In this document: positions 29,308-58,140 of the stretch, one piece after another
Numbering within the stretch: the first letter of the stretch is position 1
How the letters are laid out: each line of letters starts with the position of its first letter
NCBI GenBank assembly: GCA_012295275.1
Contig: CM022670.1
Span: 33,728,001 to 33,792,000 of the forward strand
Source: Chrysomallon squamiferum
Taxonomy: Eukaryota > Animalia > Mollusca
Direction: 5' to 3'
DNA length: 64,000 nucleotides
Notes under the pieces: generated by a model
The model's input: only the letters and a program-made list of their open reading frames with translations
The model's database searches: none
What the model was told of the DNA's origin: nothing
Translations under genes and position numbers: made by a program

Positions 29308-29909
29308 GATTATATGTTTTTTTTTTTTTTGTTTTTTTTCAATGTTTGGAAATGTTTGATAAGACTGAGTCCACTGTCAGTCTCTAAAACGCTTATTAAT
29401 CACAAATGGTCTTTTTAAAACAGTTTTCTGACAATAATATAAACATTTTACTGGCACTGCTGCATTAAATTACTATTTCTCATGTTTAATTTAAACCACT
29501 AACTTTATTAACGCACATTATATTCCCTACATATATCTTCAAATAAGTCTACACAAAAATAATTACAATGCAAATTCGTTAGTATTTCAATAGTTTTAAT
29601 ATTTTTCTTAGTACTTCATACCTCGGGGAAAATTATCTCGCAAACTCGCATTGTTGAAGATTTCGCTGCAGCTTTTTAAAAAAATTATTGTTTTTTTTTT
29701 TTTTATTGTTATGTTATTGTTATTTTATTTTATTTTTTTTGTTTTGTTTTGTTTTAATTTTATTTTATTATCTTTCTTTTTTATTATTATCTGAAACATC
29801 TGCTCAACACAAACGTTTTAGCATATTTTAATAATATTTAATTCTCAGAAAATCAGAACATACATTAAACGATTGGTTTGTATATATACAAAATAACATG
29901 ACATTATTA

Positions 29910-29942
<33 letters not shown>

Positions 29943-30619
29943 TATTTTTTTATTTTTTTTATTTTTTATTTCGATGATCTGTTGTTGTTACTAAGTGCGA
30001 CACAAGTATGAAGGAAGAAAACCATATTTCTGGTTTGGTTTCATTTAGCTACGATAAACTTTGGAAATAAAGAAAGAAAGAAACAGATTCTACCAGTCTG
30101 TAGGCCTACTTGGTTTAGGTGCTGCTGTTCCTTGCATTATTATTTTGAAAACTTACGTCTAATGTTCGTTGTTAATATTTGCAACATAATACGGTAACGT
30201 TAAACCATATAAATGAGTACATATTAGATTTAGAATTTATAAATTATATATACTCTTCTAATGTTTTAAATATAGTTTCAGTTTTAGAGAAAATGTGATC
30301 TTTAATGAGTCCTTTCTTTCTTTATTTATTTTATCGTGAAATTAATTTTATTTACAAAATTATATCCACCACAATGATTTTTTTCGATCAGTTCCTATAT
30401 ATAAGGTTTTCCACATATGAATCCAGAGCACAAATTCAATAATTATGTTAATCAGTTAATTATAATGCTGTCGTCTATATTTCAAATATCAAAATTATAT
30501 GGTTGGTAATCAACAAATCAGTTCCATTTAATTCATTTAATTAGTGTACTTTATTACCAGAAATGAGATAATCAGGTTAAGTGCTCCAGGTCAGCATGAA
30601 ACTTATAAAATATATAAAA

Positions 30620-30757
30620 TAACCGCGGGCTATCAACCGTTTCAGTCCGATTTAAGCTGCGCGACGTTGTAAAAATGCTAGACTGGCTCTTATCACAATG
30701 ATATTGCTATTCAGTTTGGCGTAGCAGCCGTTAGGTACAAGTACACGTAAAATCAAA

Positions 30758-30765
<8 letters not shown>
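30620..30765 (+). promoter_or_regulatory. Transportin core promoter / 5'UTR region
   Basis: Local CpG enrichment, Inr-like TCAGTT near 30711, and YY1-like AAAATGGCG overlapping the start codon. Confidence 0.4.
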
Positions 30766-45267
<14,502 letters not shown>

Positions 45268-45280
45268 ACATTAAAAACTT

Positions 45281-45634
45281 GTAAGTATATCAATATCAGT
45301 ATTGATTCAAAACCAAATGACAGCTTATATTTATTTGTATAACAAACGAGAGTAATATAAAATATAATTGATGAAGATTTTTCATTTAGGCATCTTAATT
45401 AGTCTTAATTAATGTAATAACATCCTTTTTTTAATAATTATAAAAAATCTTCTTTTAATTATTTTGGACAAACGGATGCAAAGTGTTTTTTTTTTTTTTT
45501 CTTCTATAAAGTTCCTTCAACTGTACAGTGAATTTTGTTAGGTAAATATATAATTATGTGATAAAGATTTATTTCATGATGTTACTGAAAAGTTTAAAAT
45601 GTTTATATATATATATTTCTTTTTCTTTTTTCAG
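45281..45634 (+). other. Intron 13 nt downstream of the transportin stop codon
   Basis: Consensus donor GTAAGT at 45281 and a long pyrimidine tract ending tttcag at 45634. An AT-rich intron is followed by an abruptly GC-rich exon. Confidence 0.8.
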
Positions 45635-45636
45635 AA

Positions 45637-45783
45637 TGGGGTCAACAGGGATCTAGTGCTCACCAACAAAGTGAGCACCAATTAATGGGGCCGCGGGGAG
45701 GGCCAGTCAGGAGGGGGGAACCCTACAGCCAGGGGGCCGGGTCATGCCACCAATGGGTGATGCCGCAATTGGCACTAATCTGA
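45637..45783 (+). CDS. Cryptic in-frame C-terminal extension or downstream ORF of transportin containing a PY-NLS-like motif
   Basis: Translates WGQQGSSAHQQSEHQLMGPRGGPVRRGEPYSQGAGSCHQWVMPQLALI*, in the same frame as the CDS after splicing 45280 to 45635. Confidence 0.6.
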   Translation, partial: WGQQGSSAHQQSEHQLMGPRGGPVRRGEPYSQGAGSCHQWVMPQLALI

Positions 45784-48700
45784 TCTATGGGTGGGAACGC
45801 GTCATGGGAGGGGTCATCGTACATCGTCCATCGTCAATGTGTCCTCTTATGTGAAACAGGAATGTTGCACAACCAACATGTCTCTTGCATGTTAAGCTAG
45901 GTACAACTTTGAACTAATTATTTTTCATCTCACAGCTTGTGAACTATAAGCAAGCTGAGAGAATTAATAAAAACAATTCCAGCATGGTTAGAGATTTTAA
46001 TTTTTTTTTTTTTTTAAAGGAAAGAAAAAAAAAGGAAGAAGCATGTTTTGATTCTCTTTTATTTAGTGTTGTAGCCACCTTGGTGAACTTTAATCAGTGA
46101 ACTGTCTGTTCATCACAGTTTCGTGTTTCAAAGTGAGCCATAGCATGTGGTCACTATTCAAGTTATACATGTTGTTGTTTTTAAAGCCATGATGTGGCAT
46201 GCATGAAAAAAAAAGAAAGCTTAATTGTGGAATGCACATACATATACCAGATGTGTTTTTCATCCCTTTATGTTATGAGACTGTTAGGAAAGTAATATGT
46301 CTCAGAATTCTTTTCTTTTGGCATTTGCATTAAGTGAATGCTGTTTTGGTAATCAATGAAATTAATAACAACAAGAAATGTCAGCATTTAGATTATATTT
46401 TTATTTAAATGTGTGAAAGAAATTTACTTTGTTTTAAAAAAAACGGTACCTTGGAACATAGAATTAATTTTTCATTATGGATTTAATAACAACAATTTAA
46501 AATTAAGAAATAACAAAAACAACTCTGAATATTACTCTGAATGTTTTAAATAATATAAAATGTTTGTGGTTTAAAAACAGTAACTTTTGCATTTTTTAAA
46601 AGAGAAAATTATTGCTAATGTCTTTTTTCCTTGAATTTTTACCAAACACTTGAGTGAAATACCTGGTAGTTTATGTTTTAAGTTAGGCAAAAAAATAAAA
46701 TAAAAGACAACAAAACAAACGAAAAGCTTTACCATTTATTAGAAATTAAAGGTCTGCAAAAAGGTTAACATCAAGGTTAGCAATCTGATGAAGTTGATGG
46801 GAAAACTAGGGAAAAAAAAAAATAATATGGCACAGTTCTTGCCAGCAGTACAAACTGATGACGGTGGTGCTCTGCAATAGGAGATGATCCATGTCAGTTA
46901 ATGCTTGAAAAAAGCAGAATCCTTTAATGAAAACTCCACTTTTTAAAACAAATTTGTCAGATCAGCAAAGCGTTACCCCTAAGCACTGATACCAGCAGTG
47001 AGTTCAGTCCATTAACTTGGACACGGGAGCAAAAGGCACCAACAACAATTGGGAACAAAGCTGTTCCATGTATTCTAAGTTGGCACAGAGCCAGGGTGGG
47101 AAAATTCATAAGCCCTTGCATCGATGATCGTTATCTGCACTACACAACAACACAAGCACAGCTATAGTGACTGTCATCTGTCACTTTACCTCGGCAGCTG
47201 GCACATCTGATGGGCACAACACACATCTTGTTTTCAAAAAGACAGTTACAATATTGAAACCTGTTACTTCATTTAAAAAAAAAAAAAAAATCGTATTTGC
47301 AGTAAACAATTGGTGTTTTTTTTGCACGTTTTTTCTATTCCACTGAAAATTGATACATACATAACAATTCTGAAGTCAGTTCTATTGATAACTGTCAGAT
47401 AACAATATTGAGTCAGTTCTAATTTTGTCACCATTCTGACTAAGCAGTTTATAATTATTTCAAGTTGTAAGTTAGTGCCCAAACGACATGCTGCGAGTTA
47501 ATGATAGTATGTGTGTCAGTGTTGATATTCTTTGAGAACAAATATTTGAGCAACATAGAAACGCACACTTTGTGTCTTTAGTCCATGACTAATCTTATCC
47601 ATTCAGGAATTTTAAATGTTTTAATTATTACAGATTTTTAAATGAGCCTGTATTGTTTTGTATATGTCAATTTTGTATATAATTATATATAAATATATAT
47701 ATATATATATGTTTGTTTTTTTATTCATATTTTTTGACAGTACAGGCTTTTGTCATTTTATAATTATATATATAAATATATATGAATAGTTGTTTGGGTA
47801 GAGTAAGTGTTTTCAGAAATGGAAGGGAATGTTGTTTGGAAGCTTGAACAATTTTTTATTTATTTATTTATTTATTTTTTATCATAGAAATCATTTAGGA
47901 TAGGAATCACAAGACATCATTGATAAGGATAAAAATCTGAAACTTGATAATGTCAGTGGGAATATGGCATCTTGAAAATCTTTTTATATGGTCATGTGCT
48001 ATAATTTTAGAAAATTGACACATATTTTAGAGTTTCTACAGTAAAACCATAAAATAACCGAATCAACCAATTTTTTATTTACTATTCTAAATGGTAGCAA
48101 CAGTGTCAAATATATCCTGTGTTTTTTCTGATAACTAATTACATTACAAAAAAAAAAAAGTAATGTTGTATATGATTTTTACATTCAAGTAATAAATATT
48201 CTGATATTTATTTTGAAAGATAAAAGATGCAGAATGATTACTTTGTTAGAATATCATTCATTTTGAATTTTTTGAACAAATGTAAAGGATATATTCAAGT
48301 TCAGAAATAAATAGTTAAATCATCCATTGAGAGGGTTTTGTTCCAGCTAAGAAGACATTCTGTTGAACAGCGCTAGTATTAAAACATAAGACGAGCTTTT
48401 AGATATTGTGTGACAGTTGAAGGGATAGAAATTTAAAATTCTTGAATGGATAAGCTTTGTACTGGGGAATTGATTTATTACTTAGTGTTTTCATTTTGTT
48501 TTATGTGTATGTGTATGTGTATATATTATAAATACATATTTTTGCTCATTTTTTTATATATTTCTATACTATAGTAAACATGCTCTGATCTATGTGAACT
48601 GACATACTGATGTTTCTATGAAAGAAATGTTGTTAAAGCGTAAAAAAATCAGTTCATGTAACCAGTGTATAAAATGCATACAGCATGATTGAAGACTGGG

Positions 48701-51016
48701 GAAAAAAAAGAAAAAGAATGAATTCCTGATTATTAATTTATTAATTTATTAATTTATTTCTCGTGTATTACTTATTTACCATGAATTTATTTATTTCTCA
48801 TGTATTTATTTATTTATTCAATTTATTTATTGCATGTTTATTGTACCTTCATTTACTTACATATTTATTTATCTACTTACATATTATTTTCATTGTGTCA
48901 ATCTTCAGTAATCCTGGCCTAATTTTTATATATATATTTTTTTAAACTAAGAATATGAGAAACAGTATTATTTTATTTATATTGATAATAGACTTTCTCA
49001 TTGGATTTTACTAGTCATAACATTTTGAATATATTCATTTTTCATCACGGTAAGAAACAGCTTTTTTAATCTGGACTCAGGTTAAAGAATACCAGGGTTA
49101 CTAAGGAAAATTTTTAATGTAAATCAAATTTGTAGCATAGGTCAGTTCCCTATGATGGCCAGATATTCAGGGATTTGTTTTATTTTTATTGTTGCTTATT
49201 TATTATTTTTTTAATACTTTGATATTTATGATTCCCTGTGCATTGTTTCCAAATATTTTTGGACAGTCATTAGATTTGAATGTTGCCTGTGTTCTCAAAG
49301 AATAAGTGCAGATGAATACTCAGAGATGCCACCTTGTTTTCAAGATGTGTGATATTAAAAAAAATACCCTTTGTCTGTGATTATTTTGGGGGAATGTATA
49401 GATTATGTATATGTGACTTGGTTGTGTATTTTTAGGGATATTAGATTTTTATTTTCTTATTATTTATGAATATTATGATTATAATTATTTGTTTTTGTAC
49501 TGCTTTCAAACAGGTATTTTAAATAAGATTAAACCACAAAATAATTCATTGATGTGGTTCTGTTATGCTCGAGAAATCACTATCAAAAGTGTTCCTTGAC
49601 CACCTTGTAATGTCAAAAATATAATAATAATAATAATATATGTTCTAAAGGGATTGATTTGTAATGTTCATCTCATTGTGTACAGTGAAGTGACCTTTTA
49701 AATTGCATGAAAATGTAGTGTCAAATAAATTCTGTAAAAATGCAGATTGTTGTTTCTTGTTTAATAGTGTTGAAGTTGGTTGCTTTGTATTAGAATGTAA
49801 ATTAAAAGCTGCAGATAAAATTTGTGTGGACTGGGCAAAAATGACAGAATCATTTATCAGGAAGGAAGGGATTTTTATTCAGTAGTGAATGCTTATTTTG
49901 TTTTATTCTTAATTTTTTTCTTTTCTTTTTCTTTTTTTTTTTTCTTTTCTTTTATATCTACAGCACTCATTGTACCGAGTGAGTCACCCATTGCAATATT
50001 GAGTACTTTAATCATTTATCGTAAAATGCTATGCCTGGATTATAAATAAGATGTAATCATAGATTTTTTTTTAATCTTTTTTACACGACTGCAGAAATGG
50101 CCCAGAATTTTAATGTAAAATAAAATAGTATCTTTGATTAAAGCTGGGAACTAAATTATAAAATTCTTAATCTGTTATAAGATAACTTCTTTGTGCTATT
50201 TCACATTTCACCCATTTCTTTCCTTGGGAAAATATTAAAAACAAAAAAAATCTCTTACTGCTAATATAAAAGCTGGAGGAATTTATTGTTTGAAAATACG
50301 GTATGTTTGGCATTCATCAACTTAGGACATGAGCCTACAAATGTGCTTTAGTTTTTTCATCATTATTTAATTCCAGTAATGAGGTGGTTATCACCGACTA
50401 GAAGCAAACTTTTTACCTCTGGCAAAAATGGACTATATAATGACTATAATGAAACAACATGAAACATGGATTCTTTTGTAATTTTATGGAGTGTGATTTC
50501 TGAAGAGATGATTGCAGGTACAAACAAATTCAAAATTACAGTGATAATTCTAAGGACTCCAGGGGTTAAAACCAATAATGCCAAAATAAGTAAAACAGGA
50601 ACAGAATTGTATAAGAACAATTAATTTGTTACCATTATACACCATGAAGCTGTCCGTTCCACCAGCATGTTCCTGACCATTGTTTTTAAATAAAATCATG
50701 GCTATGCTGCATTTCATCTTTTGTTGAAAGTGAAATTAGGATTTAGTATAATTCCCATTTGTTTAGGAAATGGTTTGTTGATAAAAATTTGTCTTGATCT
50801 GGTGAAATTAATGAATCATAGAAAATTGCCATTTTAATGAAATTCATCACTAATCATTTTTCCATGACATTTAATTTCAGACTATAAGACAAGGTCAACT
50901 GCTTTTATTTATTTTCTGATAATTTATTTAACAACTATTGATCCTGAATTAGTTCAAGAAGGATCTTTAAAAAGTAAAATTAGAATCAAAAACGAACTAG
51001 ACTTGAGACCAGTGGT

Positions 51017-51068
51017 TTTATTTGTTGTAATGAACTGTACACTTAACTTGTAATGTTACACAAATAAA
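51017..51068. terminator. Opposed candidate polyadenylation signals of convergent TNPO1 and KEAP1
   Basis: AATAAA on + at 51063-51068 preceded by three TGTA motifs, and AATAAA on - at 51022-51017. Strand skew appears by eye to change from T-rich to A-rich near here. Confidence 0.4.
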
Positions 51069-54000
51069 ACATACAAATTATACACAATAACAGTAATTAA
51101 TATTTCAGCAGCATATAATCATTTCTTTATGATGATAAAATGTGACTAAATTGCACATCTATGATGAGAAAAAAAAAAAAATGCATTGTAATATTTCCTG
51201 GTACTGCTAATCATAAAACAGACAGTACCATTGCTTTTGATTTCATAGCGTAAAATCTATTTGAATGTGGATATTGATTAATAAAATACAATAAGATTGT
51301 GATTTATAAACAAAACAACTGATGTAGCATGGAAATTTGTTCACCTGAGATACACTGGCTAACAGCCATTAGTATGAATGAGTGTCCCCTCAATAAACAT
51401 CTCTCTCTCTCTCTCTTTCTCTCTCTTTAGCAGAAATCCTTTTTCCATCAAAAACACAAACAATAAAAAACCTAGCTTTCAACTAGTTTCAATTTACTGT
51501 TCGATAATTTCTTTCATCATGCAGGAAAACATACCTGAGTTCAATGGCCATTTGTCAAGCATGATACCCAATAAAGTATTTAAAATAAAAAATGTTCTGA
51601 ATTTATGATTAAAATTATTGCTTGTAAAACCTTAAAGTTTGGGGTCCTAAATCTTCTAAGTCGTGTACTTTAAATGTAAAAGAGAAAAGAGCTTTATCAA
51701 AACCTTAGTTTTAACCAATCAGTGACAAAATTCTTGGTGCAAACAGCATCAAGTAAGTTTATAAACCAACGTAATTATCACTTTCTTAAGTTTCATCTCA
51801 TCCAGAATAAAAAGAAACAGACAAAATGATCTGATTTCATTTTCAGTGAAAATATATATATATATATATAAAATAGTTTTCAGAATAACTAAAGAAGCTT
51901 AATATAACTACTTTTAATATACGACAGGCTGTTTTCTACATTCTAATTTAACATCGCAAAAAATAACAAATATATAAATAAATAAATAAATACCAATCAG
52001 AAACAAAAAAAATGAATTAAAAATTGACATGAAAGTCTAAATATCACTGAATTTAAGACACAATAGCGCTAAACAAGGAAGCCCAATACTAAATGTGGTA
52101 ACATCATTTTTGATGTTAAAGAGAACTACATGAACAAAAAAAGGGAGAAAATTACAAGTATATATATTTTTTTCTCAGCTTACAACTGTCATGTACGCTA
52201 TAAGATAAAGAAGAAAACTGTCTTTGTGCATTGTTAAATTAATGGAAGACTTTGAGAACTATATGCAGATTACATCTTAACCTTGTAACTTTTGAATGCA
52301 TAGCCATCAAGCAAAGACTGAAAATCAAGATCCAATTACAACAGCCATTTCATAAAGACTTTTTTACCCCACACTTCACTGAACGAGATTTAAAACCTAA
52401 AGAATAAATATTACTTTCTCTGATTTTTAAATTATTTATTATATATAAAATTTGTTTTTCTAAAAGGTGTTTCTCACAACCATTTTTGTTTTTTTATTTA
52501 TTTATAATTTTGTTTTTGTTTCATTCTTATATAAATAAATATAATAATAATTAATTAATTAATTCAGTAGTTTACATTTCTGATATACATCATGGAAACA
52601 GACTTAACAGTTGATATTATCTTAAAAATGATGTTCAGATAAATAAACATTTATGCATCTGACAAACAAAAACTCAAAATAAATAACGTTTAGCTACAAC
52701 ATCAATTCCCCAAAACATACAAAACAAATTGACAATCAAATGAAATTGTCTGTGATTTTTTTCTTTTTTTTTAAAAGTCTTAAAACTAAACACATATGTT
52801 AATGGAATAATAAAAATAAATCTATTTTAAAAACCATTTTTTAAAACTATAAATTCAGAATGGAAGATATTGACAAAAATTAAAATTTCAACAGAATATT
52901 TTAGAAAACTAAAAATGTAAGAATTAACTGAAATAGTGTTCATTTTAACGTGTGCCATGTTTAAACTTTAAGGAACAATAACATTTGACTGTTTCTGTAT
53001 ACTGTTCAAAATTAAACAAGTAGTATTGGTGGCTGCAAAAAAAAAAAAAAAAAAAGAAGAATACATAAATAACACATCTTCCAAAAAACTCATTTAAGAA
53101 GCAGTTTCTATTTTCCACATTCAAAATTTATCTCAAACTGGTTTTAACTTTCTACTTGTTTATGTAAAACAAATTAATAAAAGGTAACTGGCTTTGTCTT
53201 AATTTAGGGTTACTGCATATTATTTTCAGTGTGAATTTAGATTTTCTTTGTCACAGTTTAGACAGAACTGTCTATTAGTTTCTGGTGTCTGCCTACTGAT
53301 TAAAATTTGAGAAGAAAAAATTAATTTGCAATTAACAGAATGAATTTTGAGCCTTTCATAAATCAGAAAATGAAACCTCATTCATAATGATGAGATGTAA
53401 ATTTTACAGGACCAAATGAAAAGTGAGTATATAACAGTCTGCCCTATTCATTTTTTATAAATATACATCATTTATTTCTATTTCTTTTAATACTACTACC
53501 TTTTTGTTTATCAGTTCTGGCACAAATATAAAAAAATATTTTTTTTTATTTAAGTACTTTTGGATTCAATAACAAACATGTTTGTATCTAATGTCTTTTC
53601 TACAGAGAAATTTTATTTATGTCTAATTCTTCAAAATATCTTTTAAATTACCACTGATACATATACCATTAAGAAATGGTATTTTACACAAAGAAAAACA
53701 AATGTTAAAGCTTTTTTTTTTTTTTTTTTTAAAGGCATTTTCTGTTCAAGGCACTTAACAGATGTTGCTATTTTCATTTTACGGTGAAATTGCTAAAATG
53801 TGAATTGAATGTAAATTTTTGTTTTGTCCACTGATGCAATTTTTATGTGTTCATTCATTACTCTTTTTTTTTCTCTCAAAACTGAATAATAATGTCACAC
53901 AAAAAAAAAAGAAAAATCAAAATCAATTACATTTTGTTTCATTATAAAATACAGAAATATCAAACAGGCATTTTTTCTTTTCTATTTCCATTTTGGTCTC

Positions 54001-54391
54001 GACTAAGTCATAAAAAAAATAATAATAATATTTTTACAATGCTGTAAGATAGTGAAAGTGTACAGAAGATACAGTTATAGAGCTATTCAAGAAAAAGCTA
54101 AAAACAACATCTAATTGTTTTTGTGTTATAAACAGGGGGTTGGTGGTTTGACAAACCACATCTTGCAGTTTTAAGCTAAAATGAACTTTGTCAGTGTGTA
54201 TACATTTACATCGAATGACTAGCACTGAAGTCTGTTTAGGTTTCCACAGGACTCTATGGAAATAACCGGTTTAATCTGAAAATGTGGTTACAAAGGGATT
54301 CACTAATAAAAACATCCAAATTCTTTTTATTTGTGTTAGACATGTGGTTCAAACACACCATCTGTATAAACTGAAACATTTAAGTGAAAAT

Positions 54392-54428
<37 letters not shown>

Positions 54429-56313
54429 GCAATTATAATATATATCTTAAATAAAAATGCAGGTATATGATGTAAGGTATATTGAAATTACAGATAGCCC
54501 TGTGTTTAAAAGAAGCAGTAATATATTTTTTGTGTGTTATTTACTGTACAGTGTGTTGTCAAATAATGTACCTTTGTAACCGAGACAAAAATGATGGCCA
54601 CTATATGTAACACAAAGAATAGTTTAGCAGAGACTAAACTCTATAAAAACTGCTTAATCTGTGTGTTGTGTTTGTGTGCATGTGTGTGCTGTGATTGTTC
54701 ATTTGTATATGACTGCATGTGTGCATGCTTCTGCTGCAGTTATGACATCACAGGGTTTTGATAAAAAGAACTTCAGCTGTGTTTTCAGTTAATAGTATTT
54801 CTGCAAAAACCACAAAGGTTTTTCTATAAACATTGTAATTTTTATTAATTATGCTGAAATGTATTTTATCTCCCTACCATTATATCCTCATAACAATTCT
54901 AAACGGTAATTATTTATTCATCAGAAAAACTGTTTCATAGGTGGTAAATTTGCTATTGGGTTTCATGCAGTGTAATTCCTATCAGCAATTATTTGATTTG
55001 TATTAGTTGTTCCATCACAGAGAAAGCCTGGAGGGTTTTATTGGAAATCTCTGAGTTAGCAATGTGACTGTTTTTCTTATGCAAATTACCTACAAGTATT
55101 AAACTCCCATTACAAACTCCTATTATTACTTTTCATCAATTAAATTTAATCTACTATGTAAGAGTATTGGCACTTTCACAAACATGCAGCACCAAAGACA
55201 TTTACAATGCATCAGCGTTTTCAAAGGCAATATCATCTTTTTGTTTATTGATTGTTTTCATCTTTCACTGATAAATATTAATTATTTACTGCATCATATC
55301 ACTGGAGTATTTCTAACAGACTCCATGGTAAATCAACTATATTAAATTTCTATCTGTTAAAAGCTGCCTCAACAATTTTGCATTAAAACAACTTCAATGC
55401 TTCCAAAGTTCATAATCAGTTAAAAGCTACCTTAATTGCTTCCACAACTGAAACCTATTTTCTACCTGTCCCAACAGTTTTTCTTCTCTTTTTTTTTTAT
55501 CTCCTGTCCTTTGAATGACTTTCTTCATTTCATAATAAGTGAATACCATTGCAACTCTTCCAAAAAAATGTTCTAAGACTGTTTTAACGTCCTTTTTCAT
55601 ATTTCTGTCTGTCTATCTTTGTCCAAGATTTTTTGTTTTGTTTTTCAGCAGTCTTCTTTAAGCACAAGAACATTTTTCTAAGCATCCACTTGTTTTGGAA
55701 GCACTCAGGCATCTTTACTGCATACATGTTTTTCCTGACTATGGAAATTGGAACAGAATGATCAGTTTATTGAAAGCTGAATACTTGCTGGATTTACGAT
55801 CCATGACACAACAGATCACTCAGACATACATTCCCTGACTGTGGAAATCATAGCAGTATAATTGTTTATGGAAAGATGGATTCTCTTTGACTGGAACTGA
55901 AGATTAAAGGTCAATGTTTCAATTCTTTAACTGCATGTCAGCACTAACAGTTAAAAGGAATGAAAAACTGCAAAATGTTTGCTGGCTAATATAGTAACTG
56001 ATCAGAGACTTTAATCTCTTTTTTTTTCCTAAACCTTTTCAATGCATTCAATGTGTCTTCATTATTAACAAAAAGCTGAAGCCTCCAGTCTTCATTATAA
56101 AAATTCAGTTTAATTTTTTTTTACCCTCATTTGGATTTTTACCAAACCCATAACATCTGGCTTTTTATTCTATAAAAACATGAAACATTCAGTGTATTCT
56201 GCAGTCCAAAGCAATTTTAAAGTTTACCTGCAGTAAAATATTCAGTGGATGAAGGCTGGATATGTAACTGTTTACCTGTGTGTTTTTTAACCTGTTTATT
56301 TGTTTGTGGTCTG

Positions 56314-58095
56314 TCATTTAAAGCTTGGTTCTGCACCTACTGCGACACCATGACCACTACGACCACAAGTCATGTTTGTAACCTCTTTCCACTCATTACA
56401 GTCCGGATCATAACATTCCACAGAAGATAAAAAGTCTGTTCCATCATAACCTCCTAAATAAATAAATAAATAAATAAATTAATTAATTAATTAATAAAAA
56501 AAAATAAAAATAAGTAAAAAAAAAAATAAATAAAGAATACTAAATAAATAAATAAATAAAATAAAAAAAAACAAGTAATTAAATAAATAAATCAATAAAT
56601 AATAACCAAAAAACATTATTTAAATTAAAATAAAATAATAATAATAATAAAAAAAACACACACAACCAACCACACAAATAAATATGTAAATAAATAAAAT
56701 AAATGAATTCTAAGACCACGTAAACGTGCTATAATTAAATTGCTATAAATGAATACATTAGAAAAAAGAGCAGAGATTCTGTGCACGCAGTAAGAACACT
56801 GGAGTGCAGTAATTAGCTGACTCACCCAGTGCATACAGCTTGTCATTAATCACAGCCACACTGAGCGCACTGCGAGGACTGTTCATAGAAGCCACGAACT
56901 CCCAAGTATCTCGCTCTACAGAATACCTCTCCACCGACCGCAGCTGATAGCTCGAGTCATAGCCTCCCACAGCATAAACATAACAGTCCATTGCTATAAC
57001 ACCTGTTGAAATATTAAAATAAATAAATAAATAATAATAATAAATAAATAAATAAAAACAATTAGTAAGGATGTAAATGACAAGAGAAAGAATAAAAAGG
57101 TTTTTTTTAAATTATTTTTTAAAATTATTTGTATTTGTTTGAAACATCACAGTTAATATTCAGCTACATATGCAGGACATGCAAAAAGTAAGAGTGTTAC
57201 AAACAAGCAGATAGGGACAGGGGGACAGGGAAAGAAAGAGGGTGGGGCAGAGAGAGAAGGAAAGAAAGAAAGAGAGAGACAGGCAGACAGATACAATATA
57301 TAAGCCAAAGTAAACAATATAAAACTGGATCTTGAAAAATATGACTTGTTTTTTGTTTTTGTTTTTTGTATTATTTTAATCATAAATGGTTAGTTAATTT
57401 GGAAAAGAAGAGAAACTGTTACATTTTGTCATTTTCCTATTAAACTGCCTAAGTTAACATTCTAGCTGGTCTTTTAGGAAATTGAAATAAAAGATGTATG
57501 TAAATGTACATTGAATTAAATTTTGTATTTAACTATCAACCAACCTGTCTGCAAACCAATCAACAATTCAATCTAGCAACCTAATTACCTGCATATCTAC
57601 ACACACAAAATACAGACATGGCTTTAGTTCAGTATGTATGTCACTGTTAAACAATATCTGTTATATAATTACACAGGCATTCCTGCCTTTCTCTAAAACA
57701 AAAGGTCACATTCCTGTGTACCTTTCACTACAGTTATTTTGAATATTTACTAAACAAAACTGAGTCTGTGTTTACCTGAGCCACTCCTTGTTGTGTTCAT
57801 TGGTGCCACTGTTGTCCATTCATCTTTTTCAGGTTCATATCGTTCCACACTGCGTAGCCTGTTCTGTCCATCATACCCTCCAACTGCAAACAGCAGGCGA
57901 TTAATAACAGCACAGCCCACACCAATTCTGTTTGTGTTCATCGAAGCTATCATTGTCCATGTGTCTGTTTCGGGGTCATATCTAGAAGAGAGAAAAAAAA
58001 AAAAATAATAGAAATACTTTTAACATATTAAAAATAAATAGCAAAACATAATTTAAATAAATAATAATAATAATCTTTTAAAAATGTGTCAAAAT

Positions 58096-58140
<45 letters not shown>

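Noticed and set aside
55658-55715. Minus-strand RCLSASKTSGCLEKCSCA* resembling the human KEAP1 C-terminal CxC
   Set aside because: It is preceded directly by an in-frame TAA, and no credible acceptor in a compatible phase was found.
56296-56316. KEAP1 stop in a leaky TGA-C context
   Set aside because: Only five codons follow before a TAA, with no recognisable motif.
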